Positions 20,382 to 29,930 of a stretch of 64,000 nucleotides of DNA are shown piece by piece. Numbering within the stretch: position 1 is the stretch's first letter; each line of letters starts with the position of its first letter. The stretch spans positions 928,001 to 992,000 of the forward strand of contig CAVTRC010000001.1 of NCBI GenBank assembly GCA_963737065.1. The letters run 5' to 3'. Source of the DNA: Candidatus Eremiobacteria bacterium. GTDB taxonomy: Bacteria > Vulcanimicrobiota > Vulcanimicrobiia > Vulcanimicrobiales > Vulcanimicrobiaceae. The translations under genes and the position numbers were made by a program. The notes below the pieces were generated by a model. That model ran no database searches. It saw nothing but the letters and a program-made list of their open reading frames with translations, and was not told where the DNA came from.

Positions 20382-20836
20382 TCGGGCGGCCCTTTCGCCC
20401 CGTGAAAGGGCGCGGCGTTCTCATTTGCGTACGTATTAAGGAAGTTCAGCGTGGCGTGCGCGACGAGCTTTTCGTTACTCTTCACCTGCACTTCGCCGTA
20501 ACAAATTCGCCTTCCAGCGCGAAGCACGGTCGCTTCCGCGATCAAATCGTGTGGCGGCAACGCCGGCGCAAGAAAATTGCACTGCAGCGAAGCGGTCACC
20601 GTGTCTTGTTCTCGACCGTAAATAGAAGCAAGCGCCACGTAGAACACGGTGTCGCACAAGCTCACGATCGCACCGCCGTGCACGGCGCCCGCGCCGTTGG
20701 CAATGTCCGGACGGAACGGCATGCGCATGACGGCCTTTCCGCGGTCGACCGACTCGAGTTTCAAGTCGAGGAGCGCGACGAAATGCGACTTTTCCTTTTC
20801 CCAGCGATGGGGAGCCGAGGCGAAATCGATGCTCAT
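20378..20836 (-). CDS. PaaI family (hotdog fold) thioesterase
   Basis: NGAGAVHGGAIVSLCD motif. Confidence 0.85.
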   Translation of the reverse strand: MSIDFASAPHRWEKEKSHFVALLDLKLESVDRGKAVMRMPFRPDIANGAGAVHGGAIVSLCDTVFYVALASIYGREQDTVTASLQCNFLAPALPPHDLIAEATVLRAGRRICYGEVQVKSNEKLVAHATLNFLNTYANENAAPFHGAKGPPE

Positions 20837-20881
20837 GAACCTCCGAAGCGTACTGACAGCGGGCCCGTGCGTCTACGGCTT

Positions 20882-21772
20882 TTAGCTAAAGACCGGCCCG
20901 GGAGCGGCGAGCGCGCGCCGCACGTAGAGCGGAAGTGAAAACAACCGCTTGTGCGTTTCGCCGTCGTAGAAGAAATTCTCGCCTTTGAGCCCCGCGCAAT
21001 ACTGATCGACGGCAGCAACACTCAGCTCCGCGAGATTGACGCCGTCACTGCACGCGAGAAACGCCCAGTCGGTGTCAAAGGCGGGCACGGAATGAAAGAA
21101 CGACGTGACGTATCTATAGTGCTTCATCAACGTGCGCGCCATTTTCGCATGCAACGATAAGTTGTGGAACGCAAGCGTACTCGCTTGGAGAACGTAAATG
21201 CCGTGTTCGGTCAAACGCGACTTGACGAGCTTGAAGACACCCTCGTTGAAGAGGACGTTACTCGGCGAATCTTCGAGCGGCTCCGTGAGGTCCGAGATGA
21301 TGACGCCGTAACGGCCGTCGTTTTGCCGCATGAATTCCAGCGCGTCGCCGATCATGACGCGCGCCCGCGGATCGTCGAATGCGCCGTCGCTCCATTCCGG
21401 GAGATACTGTTTCGAAAGATCGACGACTAAGCCGTCGATATCGACCATCGTGCACCGCTCGACGTCGGAACGGCGTAACACTTCGCGTAATGTCGCGCCT
21501 TCGCCGCCGCCGAGAATCAAGACCTCGCGCCGGTCGGTCGCGCCGGCGAGCGCCGGATGCACGAGCGCCTCGTGATAAATCTTCTCGTCGTGCTGCGAGC
21601 TCTGCGTGTCGCCGTCGAGAATCAGCATCTTGCCGAACACCGGCGAGCTGATGATCGAAACTTGTTGAAACTGCGAGCGTCCCGCGTAATACACGGTATC
21701 GATCGCGTGGTGATGCTGTTCGGTCGGAGCAAACTCCTCAACGTACCACTGCCAATGTTCGGTCTTCGGCAT
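20882..21772 (-). CDS. speE: Polyamine aminopropyltransferase
   Basis: SQFQ, FGKMLILDGDTQS, YHEALVHP, LILGGGEGATLRE, VDID, DLTEP. Confidence 0.92.
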   Translation of the reverse strand: MPKTEHWQWYVEEFAPTEQHHHAIDTVYYAGRSQFQQVSIISSPVFGKMLILDGDTQSSQHDEKIYHEALVHPALAGATDRREVLILGGGEGATLREVLRRSDVERCTMVDIDGLVVDLSKQYLPEWSDGAFDDPRARVMIGDALEFMRQNDGRYGVIISDLTEPLEDSPSNVLFNEGVFKLVKSRLTEHGIYVLQASTLAFHNLSLHAKMARTLMKHYRYVTSFFHSVPAFDTDWAFLACSDGVNLAELSVAAVDQYCAGLKGENFFYDGETHKRLFSLPLYVRRALAAPGPVFS

Positions 21773-21845
21773 AGCGGGCAGCGCTTTCGCCAAGCACAAA
21801 GGGCACCCCCTCGGGATGCCCTTCGAGCCGCTCGAACTCGCGACG

Positions 21846-23613
21846 CTATCGCATGCGATAGCTCAGCCGGTGTTTGCGAATCACGTTATCCGCAACAACG
21901 CCTTGCACGTAGGGCGCAATTGCAGCCGGCAGCGTTATGGACGACACGTTGGCATAGCGCCGGCCGTAGCGACCTTCGTAGACGTTGTGAATCGCGGTAC
22001 GGAAGTAGCCATTCACGAGCGATGCGGGAGCAGTTGCTTGGATCAACAGGTGGCTCGGATACGTTCGCGTTACGGTGAAACCGGCCGCTTGCAACGCGGC
22101 GATCACGGTTCGTTCGTCTTGCGCAGCGGTCGGAGCCGCGCGCATGACGATCGAAACGGGTGTCGGCGCATCGGCGTTACGGCCGCCGAGGTCGGACATG
22201 AAGCGAACGTTCACCGCATTTTTCAGGTCCGTATCGCGCGCGGCGCCGCGGCTTTGCTCGGCAAACGCTTGCGCTCGCGCGACGAACGTCCAGCTGCGCG
22301 ACGGACACATCCGCGCGGCGACGGTTTCTCCGTTCGGAAGTCCAAGCCCGGTTGCGTCGTCGTAGCCCTTCACGGCCGTGTAGTACGGCGACGATGAGCC
22401 GAAGCGATTGTTTCCTGACGTTACATCAAAAAACGCTGAACCGTTCGAACGAGTATACGCGGTGTAAAGCGCGGCAACCGCACTCGCCGGCGTACCGTGA
22501 CAATACTCGTCGAGTTCCGCTATGAGTGCCGCGGTTTGCGGCGCACCCCACGATGTGCCGCCGAAGATTTGCCACGAGCCTCCATAATAGATGCCGACGG
22601 CTTCGGACGGCATCGCGATATCCGGTACGTTACGGTACGTCATCGATGCCACGCCGGAGATCGTCGCTTGATACGATGGAATCGGGAAATTCGACGAGAC
22701 TCCGCCGCCGGTCGCACCCTGACTCGGATTGCCGGAGCCGTTCTGAAAGAAGAAGTCGTTCCATGCGACGGCCGACGTCAGGGTCGTCAAGGTGTATTTC
22801 GAGCCCGACGACGTTGACGTTTTCATTGCCGCCGACGCCGATCACGTTCGGATTGCTGGCGGGATAATTGGGTCCGGGCGTGTACGTCGTGCCGCTCACA
22901 TAACACTCGTTGCCTTGATCGCCCGACGACGCGGTGTATGCAATGCCCTTCCCGGCGGCCTGAGCGAACAGTGAATCTTCCGCGCTGCTGTTGTATTCGC
23001 AGCCGCCGAACGACTCACTGACGACGATCGGTTTCAACGAATCGGTCAAAACGTGTTGTTCGGCTGCGAGGAACGCCGATGTATCGAGGTTCGGAATTGC
23101 GAGGAACTCGACCGTCGCGCCGGGCGCCATTGCAAGCGCCGTTTCGACATCGAGCGCCGCCTCTTGATCGTCACCGTTTGCCGCGCCGGTGCCGTCGGGA
23201 CCACCGTCGATGTTGACGACTTTTAACGCGCCGCCGGCACGGGCAGTCAATCCTACGCCGGCCAGAAAACCGTTCACGTCGGCCGGACTCGGCGTCGCGT
23301 CGCCGACGATCGCGATCGTTTGTCCTACACCGCTGTAACCGCCGATCACCGGGAACTTCAACGCAGATGCGACCTGGTACGGAGCCCATATTCCGCGCTG
23401 CGGCAATTCGCTGATCGGGGGCATCGTCGCATCGGCGCCGGGCGCGAACGTACCCGTCGGAACCGGGGTCGGCGTCGGAGTTTGCTGCGGAGTAGGCGTC
23501 GTGTTGGTTTGCGGCGTAACGCCGCCACCACCGCCTCCGCCGCATGCCGCGAGCAAGGCGCATGTCGCAACGGCGATGGCGCCGCCGATACGAACCCCGA
23601 GTCGACTGTTCAT
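21846..23613 (-). pseudogene. S53 (sedolisin/kumamolisin-like) serine peptidase lipoprotein, split by a one-base frameshift near 22820 (possibly a sequencing error)
   Basis: Lipobox LAAC, EAALDVE, SESFGGCE, ASSGD, YPASNPNVIGVGG in frame 1; TGGGVS, RNVPDIA, GGTSWGAP, GYDDATGLG in frame 2. Confidence 0.85.
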
Positions 23614-23775
23614 CTGAAGGACCGGTCCTTGAGAAGAGTGATTATAGAGCGACGAGTACACGCGCGCCTAAAGACACTTCTCGCGCGGGCAGCGTTGCTT
23701 TGCTACCGTTAAACGCTTTCCATGCCGGAACTATCGCACGTACTCACGTTATCGAGCGCATCTGAGTCAAAAATT

Positions 23776-23805
23776 AAACGAGCACCGCCGTCGCGGTGCT
23801 CGTTT
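23776..23805. terminator. Rho-independent terminator downstream of speD (possibly bidirectional)
   Basis: 13-bp stem aaacgagcaccgc/gcggtgctcgttt, 4-nt loop, T-rich flanks on both strands. Confidence 0.75.
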
Positions 23806-23825
23806 CTTCTTGAAACCGGAGATCG

Positions 23826-24236
23826 CTACGCCGAGAGCGCCACGGTTTCGTGATCGCGGGTCACGGCGTGCGTGAAGGTTCCGCTCGGTTGCGCGATGCC
23901 GCGCTTCACTTCGGTCGTCTGCATGACCTTCGCATCGAGCACCTTGGCGGCGTGCTCGCAGGCCAGCCACGGGTCGGTGTGATCGCCGCACGTATAGAAA
24001 TCCATCGCGGCATAGCCCATTTCCGGCCAGGTGTGGATCGAGATATGGGACTCGGCGAGGACGACCACGCCGGATACCCCTTGAGGCTCGAATCTGTGGA
24101 AGGCGACTTCCATGACGGTTGCGCGCGATGCCCTTGCTGCGCCGATCATCATGTCGCGAACCGCGTCGACATCGGTGAGCGCCGCTGCATCACAGCCCGA
24201 CAGCTCGCACACGATGTGCGTTCCGAGTGCTTTCAC
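23826..24236 (-). CDS. speD: S-adenosylmethionine decarboxylase proenzyme
   Basis: LGTHIVCELSGC, FEPQGVSGVVVLAESHISIHTWPE, DFYTCG; GTG start 24236 with GAGGAG SD (an in-frame upstream GTG at 24311 also exists). Confidence 0.95.
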   Translation of the reverse strand: MKALGTHIVCELSGCDAAALTDVDAVRDMMIGAARASRATVMEVAFHRFEPQGVSGVVVLAESHISIHTWPEMGYAAMDFYTCGDHTDPWLACEHAAKVLDAKVMQTTEVKRGIAQPSGTFTHAVTRDHETVALSA

Positions 24237-24440
24237 TTCTATCGCTCTCCTCAGAGCCTTGGGGGAATCCCACCTCCGGACTTCGTCGGCTGGCGCCTGC
24301 AGTGCAGTCACGTCCCCGACCTATCGACGAACTCTTGCCGGCGCTTTTCGGTGCACGGGCGATTCGTCGCGATGGCGCGAAAAGGCGCGCCCTCCTGAAA
24401 CCGTGGACCGCACGCCACAGAGAAGTAGCCTCGGGTCCGG
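24237..24440 (-). promoter_or_regulatory. Long structured 5' leader of speD (candidate cis-regulatory RNA)
   Basis: About 200 nt between a predicted promoter and the speD start, with several hairpins (ggcgcg/cgcgcc, ggacc/ggtcc, gacgaa/ttcgtc). Confidence 0.45.
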
Positions 24441-24445
24441 CGAAC

Positions 24446-24474
24446 ATAATAACCCCCCAAGACCCCCCTGTAAA
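24446..24474 (-). promoter_or_regulatory. Sigma70-type promoter for speD (TTTACA-17-TATTAT)
   Basis: Minus strand reads tttaca-ggggggtcttggggggt-tattat. Confidence 0.6.
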
Positions 24475-24538
24475 CCCCTTCCGGATAGCGAGCCGCCAAT
24501 CTCCCCAGGCGGGATTTTGAAGTTATGACTTCACTATC

Positions 24539-24567
24539 TTGACTATATCCCCGGTGGGGCTTACCCT
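24539..24567 (+). promoter_or_regulatory. Putative sigma70 promoter for sufB (TTGACT-17-TACCCT), near-leaderless
   Basis: -35/-10 spacing of 17 nt; ATG 9 nt after the -10 box; no SD. Confidence 0.45.
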
Positions 24568-24576
24568 CAGATAGTC

Positions 24577-25992
24577 ATGACGACCCCCGTTCAGAGCCAA
24601 CCGATTATCTCCGAGGATTACCGCCACGGATTCCACGACCCGGAGAACTACGTTTTCAAGTCCGATAAGGGCTTGACGCGCGACATCGTGGAGCGCATTA
24701 GCGCGATGAAGGCCGAGCCCGACTGGATGCGCGATTTCCGGCTGAAGGCCTACGAGATCTTCATTAGTAAGCCGATGCCCACGTGGGGCGATACCGAACG
24801 GCTCAGCCAGATCGATTTCGCGGACATCCACTACTTCGTGAAGTCGACGGACCGCACCGAACGTTCGTGGGATGACGTTCCCGACGACATCAAGCGCACG
24901 TTCGATCGTCTCGGCATCCCGGAGGCCGAACGGAAGTTTCTCGCGGGTGTCTCCGCACAATACGAGTCGGAAGTCGTCTACCACAGCGTCAGCAAAGAGC
25001 TCGAAGCGCAAGGCGTGCTCTTCTGCGACATGGACACGGCGGTCAAGAAGTATCCCGACATCGTCAGAAAGTACTTCGCGACGGTGATTCCGGCCGCGGA
25101 CAATAAATTCGCGGCGCTCAATTCCTCGGTGTGGTCGGGTGGTTCGTTCATCTACGTTCCGCCGGGCGCCGAAGTGAAAATGCCGCTTCAGGCGTACTTC
25201 CGCATCAACGCCGAGAACATGGGTCAATTCGAGCGCACGCTGATCATCGCGGATAAGGGAGCGAAGGTCCACTACATCGAGGGATGTACGGCACCGAAGT
25301 TCTCCACGGCGTCATTGCACAGCGCGGTCGTGGAACTTGTGGCGCTCGATGATGCGTCGATCCGCTATACGACGATTCAAAATTGGTACCGCAACATCTA
25401 CAATCTCGTCACCAAACGCGCGCTCGCGCACAAGAATGCGACGGTCGAGTGGGTCGACGGAAACATCGGCTCTAAACTGACGATGAAGTATCCCTCGATC
25501 TATCTCATGGGCGAAGGCGCGCGCGGCGAAATTCTCTCGATGGCGTTCGCCGGCGAGGGCCAGCATCAGGATGCCGGCGCGAAAGTGATTCACGCCGCAC
25601 CGAACACGACGTCGGTCGTCACGAACAAGAGTGTAAGCGCGCACGGCGGTAAAACGACGTACCGCGGCCTCGTCGAAGTCTTCCCGGGGGCGACCGGCGC
25701 GAAGACGCGCGTGAAGTGCGATGCGCTCATCATGGACGATCAATCATCGAGCGATACGAAGCCGACGATGAAGATTCACGAACAGCGCTCGACGGTCGAA
25801 CACGAGGCGAGCGTTTCGAAGATCGGTGAGGAGCAACTCTTCTACGCGATGTCGCGCGGATTGAGCGAAGCCGATGCGACGGCGATGATCGTCAACGGCT
25901 TCTTCGATTTCTTCGTCAAGGAATTGCCGATGGAGTACGCCGTCGAGCTCAACCGCCTCGTCAAAATGGAGATGGAAGGCGCAGTAGGCTAA
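24577..25992 (+). CDS. sufB: Fe-S cluster assembly protein SufB
   Basis: [74 protein letters not shown]. Confidence 0.97.
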   Translation: MTTPVQSQPIISEDYRHGFHDPENYVFKSDKGLTRDIVERISAMKAEPDWMRDFRLKAYEIFISKPMPTWGDTERLSQIDFADIHYFVKSTDRTERSWDDVPDDIKRTFDRLGIPEAERKFLAGVSAQYESEVVYHSVSKELEAQGVLFCDMDTAVKKYPDIVRKYFATVIPAADNKFAALNSSVWSGGSFIYVPPGAEVKMPLQAYFRINAENMGQFERTLIIADKGAKVHYIEGCTAPKFSTASLHSAVVELVALDDASIRYTTIQNWYRNIYNLVTKRALAHKNATVEWVDGNIGSKLTMKYPSIYLMGEGARGEILSMAFAGEGQHQDAGAKVIHAAPNTTSVVTNKSVSAHGGKTTYRGLVEVFPGATGAKTRVKCDALIMDDQSSSDTKPTMKIHEQRSTVEHEASVSKIGEEQLFYAMSRGLSEADATAMIVNGFFDFFVKELPMEYAVELNRLVKMEMEGAVG

Positions 25993-26011
25993 ACACAGAA
26001 GGGCTCCCGCG

Positions 26012-26599
26012 ATGCGGCGAGCCCTTCCGGTTTCTACGATCGCACTATTTTCGGCGCTTTCGGTGGTGCCGGCAAACGCCGACGTTACCTGCAATCTTAC
26101 GATCCCGGCGACCATGGTCGATACCATGGATACGGCCAACACGTATCCCGGCGAGCATTTTCGTTTCAAGACGACTGCGCATGCATCGTTCGGCGACGTC
26201 GACATTCCCGAGGGCACGCAGGGATGGGGCGTCGTTCGCTACGTGCAAGCTGCGCGCTCGCGCAATCGCGGCGGTTCGATCATACTCGAGCCGCGTTTCA
26301 TCGCGATCGGTGAAACGCGCATTTCGGTTATGTCGGATCCGCGCGAAACGGCCGAATTCGCGCACTCCGCCACGTTACTCGATGAAGGCATCGGCATGAT
26401 TCCGATCGGCATGCTGCAGACGGGACTTCACTACTTGCGGCCGGGAAGTAACCTCAGGCTGGGACCGGGGTTCACATTTCACGTCGTCGTCATGCCTGAT
26501 CTCGTTACGAGCGAACCGTGCAGCCCTGCGGCCCCGAGCAGTGAACGGCGCCAATCTTCGCCGTCGCCGTCGCCATCGCCGTCGCCCGAAACTCAATGA
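26012..26599 (+). CDS. Exported hypothetical protein (paralog of 26596-27123)
   Basis: Signal peptide; IPATMVD, YPG.FRFK, LGPGF.FH shared with neighbour; SP-rich tail. Confidence 0.65.
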   Translation: MRRALPVSTIALFSALSVVPANADVTCNLTIPATMVDTMDTANTYPGEHFRFKTTAHASFGDVDIPEGTQGWGVVRYVQAARSRNRGGSIILEPRFIAIGETRISVMSDPRETAEFAHSATLLDEGIGMIPIGMLQTGLHYLRPGSNLRLGPGFTFHVVVMPDLVTSEPCSPAAPSSERRQSSPSPSPSPSPETQ

Positions 26600-27123
26600 T
26601 GCGTTGTTGCTCGCTCGCAGTTCTTCTGCTGCTCGCAACCGCAACGCCGGCGAATGCCTGGGTGACGATGTGTAACGCGGCGATTCCGGCCACGATGGTC
26701 GACAGCGTAAGTTCGAGAACGGCGTATCCCGGAATGCTGTTTCGCTTCAAAATTACCGCGGATGCGAATATTCTCGGTACGATCGTTCCGGCAGACACGG
26801 TCGGATACGGTTACGTGCGCGAGGTGACCGGAGCGAGCAATCACGATCGCAACGGCTCGTTGGCGCTCGATATGCGTGAAGTGATCTATCGCGGCAAAGA
26901 GATTCAAGTGATCAACGACCCGCGCGATACCGCCATCTGGGCGCCGGCGGAGACCACGGTCGAGCGCGCAACCGGCTATCTTCCGGTTCCGGGACTCGTT
27001 CGACAGGCGGTGAACGAAGTGCGCCACGGCAAAGACGTCACGCTCGGTCCCGGCTTCAACTTTCACATCATCGGCTGGGGTGATCCGCGCAAGACGCACC
27101 CTTGCCGTAAAGTCGGAAGTTAG
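26596..27123 (+). CDS. Exported hypothetical protein (paralog of 26012-26599)
   Basis: Signal peptide; same motifs; overlaps upstream stop. Confidence 0.65.
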   Translation: MMRCCSLAVLLLLATATPANAWVTMCNAAIPATMVDSVSSRTAYPGMLFRFKITADANILGTIVPADTVGYGYVREVTGASNHDRNGSLALDMREVIYRGKEIQVINDPRDTAIWAPAETTVERATGYLPVPGLVRQAVNEVRHGKDVTLGPGFNFHIIGWGDPRKTHPCRKVGS

Positions 27124-27136
27124 GGAGACTCCCTGG

Positions 27137-27442
27137 ATGCAACACCGATTAGAGGGAGCGGCGAAATCGATCGAGGCCGGAAGTGCAAAGAGCTTCCCGA
27201 TCGACGGCGTCGACATCTTAGTCTGCAATGTCGGCGGATCGTTCTACGCAATCGAGGACGTCTGTACGCATGACGGCGCTCCGCTCGATCAAGGCTATCT
27301 TGAAGGAAAGTCCGTCGTTTGTCCGCGCCACGGCGCCACGTTCGATGTTGAAACCGGTGAAGCGTTGACGCTCCCGGCCGTCATTCCGCTCATGACGTTT
27401 GCGGTCAACATTCAAGGCGACGATCTGCTCGTCGATTGTTGA
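27137..27442 (+). CDS. Rieske-type [2Fe-2S] ferredoxin
   Basis: CTH...CPRHGATFD; ATG 27137 with GGGAG SD. Confidence 0.92.
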   Translation: MQHRLEGAAKSIEAGSAKSFPIDGVDILVCNVGGSFYAIEDVCTHDGAPLDQGYLEGKSVVCPRHGATFDVETGEALTLPAVIPLMTFAVNIQGDDLLVDC

Positions 27443-29526
27443 TGCGCGGGCCGCTGCGCGTTGCGGCGATCGTCGCCGCCGTCGTCATCGCCATCGTGGT
27501 TGCATACGTCACGAATATTGCGCTCGGCATGCGCGCCCGCGCGCAAACGTCCGGAACGATCGCAGGCGTCGACGTCCGGGAACCGGTCGAAATCTTGCGC
27601 GACGCGCGCGGAATTCCGCACGTTCGCGCGCGCGACCGGTACGACATGTTCTTCGCGCAAGGATTCGTGGAAGCGAGCGATCGCGGATTTCAACTCGATC
27701 TGCTGCGACGATTCGTCTACGGAGAGCTCGCAGAAGTGCTTGGGCGCCCAGCCGTTACAACCGATGAAACCTCGCGCGTCGTGCCGGTGCGCGACCTCGT
27801 CGCGCAGCAATGGCAACGGCTCGATGCGAACAACAAACTGATCCTCCGAGCGTTTGCGGCCGGCGTCAATGCGGCATTCGCACGTGAATCCACGCCGGTC
27901 GAGTTTCGCATTCTCACGTATAAGCCGAGGCGGTGGCGTCCGGAAGATTCGCTCGCCGTCGGCTTCGCAACCGTGCTCGATCTCGCCGATACGTGGAACG
28001 ACATCGCCGGCCGCATTCGTAAGGACGATCCGCTAAGCGATCCGTGCTACGACGCCCCCGTTACTGAAGGTCTCTCGAAGATCGCCGATCCCGCGCGCTG
28101 CACGTCGAAGACGGCCTTGTTGCGATCGCTCTTCGATCGCCGGCCGCCTGTCGGTAGCAATGAGTGGGCTTCCGGAGCCGCGCATACCATAACGGGACGA
28201 GCCTTGTTGGCAAACGATCCGCACTTGCGGTTGGGCATTCCGGGCGTATGGTACCTGGTCGATCTGCAATCGCCCGGGTTTCACGCGGCGGGCGCAGTGC
28301 TCGCAGGCGTGCCGGGCGTCGTGCTCGGGCACAATGACGCCCTCGCATGGGGCGCGACAAACGGAACGGTAACGGCGATGTCGGTGTTCGACCCACCGGC
28401 ACATCTCGATGCACGGTATTGGAAGACCGAGACGTTCGGCGTGCGTTTCGGAATCAGTGTCTCGAAGCGGTACTACCGCGCGCCGCGGGAGTTCGGCGCC
28501 ACGATTAAGGTTGGTGGCCACGATCGATTCGTGCTCGTTCGCTGGGACGCATATGCGAGACCCGTTTCACCGCTCCCGACATTCGCTGCACTCGACGAAG
28601 CGCGCAACATCGACGACGGCATCAACGCATTGCGCGCGTATCCCGGGCCGACACAAAACTTCGCACTCGCCGACACGAGCGGACGCGTGGCGTATCAATT
28701 GGCCGGCGAAGTCCCGGCCGATCCCTTGTGGTCACGCGGCATTCACCCGGCTACCGATCTCGCAAAGACGTATGCCGCGATTCCGTTCGATGCGTTGCCG
28801 CACGTCGCGCCGTCGCGCACGGCGATCGTATGGTCGGCAAACAACAAGATGTACGGGCCGCGGTATCCATATCGTCTCACGGCAGAGTTCCGCCCGCCAT
28901 ACCGCGCGCATCGCATCGCGGAACTCTTGCGCGCGCGCCCTCGCTACGACGCCGCCTATTTCTCATCGATGCAAATGGACACACTCTCGCTCGCGGAACG
29001 CGAGTTCGCACGCTATTTCAAAGAGTTGCGTTCGTGGGACGGGCGCTTCACGCCGAATTCCACGCAAGCCACCGCCGCGTTCGCCGCGCGCGAGCAGCTC
29101 ACGAAACGCTACGACGAGTTCGCGGCGGGACTGATCGCCGCTCGAACGCGAGCGGGCGTTGTCGCGACCATCACGCTGCCTGCGTCGCCTGCGCCGTGGG
29201 GGACGGCGGGCGCGGTAACGGTGCCTCATCCGCTCGCAGCACTCGGCATGCGGTTCTTGAACGGATCGACATTCGCAGGTGACGGCGACGCGTACACCGT
29301 TCACGTGCAAAACAACGGCTTTTCGCAAAGTTTCCGCGCGGTATGGGACGTCGGAAACTGGGATGCGGGCGGCATCACGATTCCCCAAGGGAACTCGGGA
29401 CGTCCGGGAAGCGGTCATTACACCGATGAAGCGGCCGATTGGATCGCCGGACGGTTACGTGCGCTGCCGTACTCGAATCACGCGGTCGATCAGGCGGCAG
29501 TCGAGCGGCTCATCCTTACGCCATAG
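27442..29526 (+). CDS. Penicillin acylase family Ntn-hydrolase
   Basis: RDARGIPHV, AQGFVEASDR, GSNEW nucleophile, ANDPHL, GNSGRPGSGHYTD. Confidence 0.9.
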   Translation: MRGPLRVAAIVAAVVIAIVVAYVTNIALGMRARAQTSGTIAGVDVREPVEILRDARGIPHVRARDRYDMFFAQGFVEASDRGFQLDLLRRFVYGELAEVLGRPAVTTDETSRVVPVRDLVAQQWQRLDANNKLILRAFAAGVNAAFARESTPVEFRILTYKPRRWRPEDSLAVGFATVLDLADTWNDIAGRIRKDDPLSDPCYDAPVTEGLSKIADPARCTSKTALLRSLFDRRPPVGSNEWASGAAHTITGRALLANDPHLRLGIPGVWYLVDLQSPGFHAAGAVLAGVPGVVLGHNDALAWGATNGTVTAMSVFDPPAHLDARYWKTETFGVRFGISVSKRYYRAPREFGATIKVGGHDRFVLVRWDAYARPVSPLPTFAALDEARNIDDGINALRAYPGPTQNFALADTSGRVAYQLAGEVPADPLWSRGIHPATDLAKTYAAIPFDALPHVAPSRTAIVWSANNKMYGPRYPYRLTAEFRPPYRAHRIAELLRARPRYDAAYFSSMQMDTLSLAEREFARYFKELRSWDGRFTPNSTQATAAFAAREQLTKRYDEFAAGLIAARTRAGVVATITLPASPAPWGTAGAVTVPHPLAALGMRFLNGSTFAGDGDAYTVHVQNNGFSQSFRAVWDVGNWDAGGITIPQGNSGRPGSGHYTDEAADWIAGRLRALPYSNHAVDQAAVERLILTP

Positions 29527-29618
29527 CCTGCAAGCGAAGGAAACTTCTTTCTCCATTCACTAGATCGGCTGATTGCGCTGGTATGCTCGCGCTTGTCCAA
29601 AAGCGAAGGGGCAATATC

Positions 29619-29930
29619 ATGAGATCTTTGTACTTCAAACGACTTGGCGCCGTGGCGACCGCGATCGGAATCCTCGTACTCGCTCCGGTCGTTGCGCACT
29701 CACAGACGTCGCCCGAACCGTCGCCCTCGGCATCACCGTCAATGGCCCCCTGCGGCGACGCGAATATGAACAAAACGAGCACCGGCAGCCAACCGATTCA
29801 AAGTAGCGGTTCTGCCTCCAATTCACCGTCCGGAGCAACGACGCAACCTGGATCGCAGACGGCCGACATGTCGGACTGCAATAGCGGGACGATGGCCTCA
29901 CCAAGCCCCGCGCCGATCTCTCACGCATAA
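29619..29930 (+). CDS. Small secreted Ser/Pro/Thr-rich protein
   Basis: Signal peptide (AHS), low-complexity body with two Cys; GAAGGGG SD. Confidence 0.55.
   Translation: MRSLYFKRLGAVATAIGILVLAPVVAHSQTSPEPSPSASPSMAPCGDANMNKTSTGSQPIQSSGSASNSPSGATTQPGSQTADMSDCNSGTMASPSPAPISHA

Noticed and set aside
24250..24275. SAH riboswitch (AGGCUC and GAGGAG motifs near speD)
   Set aside because: Motifs are in reverse order and GAGGAG is explained as the SD; the GAGCGCUGC core is absent.
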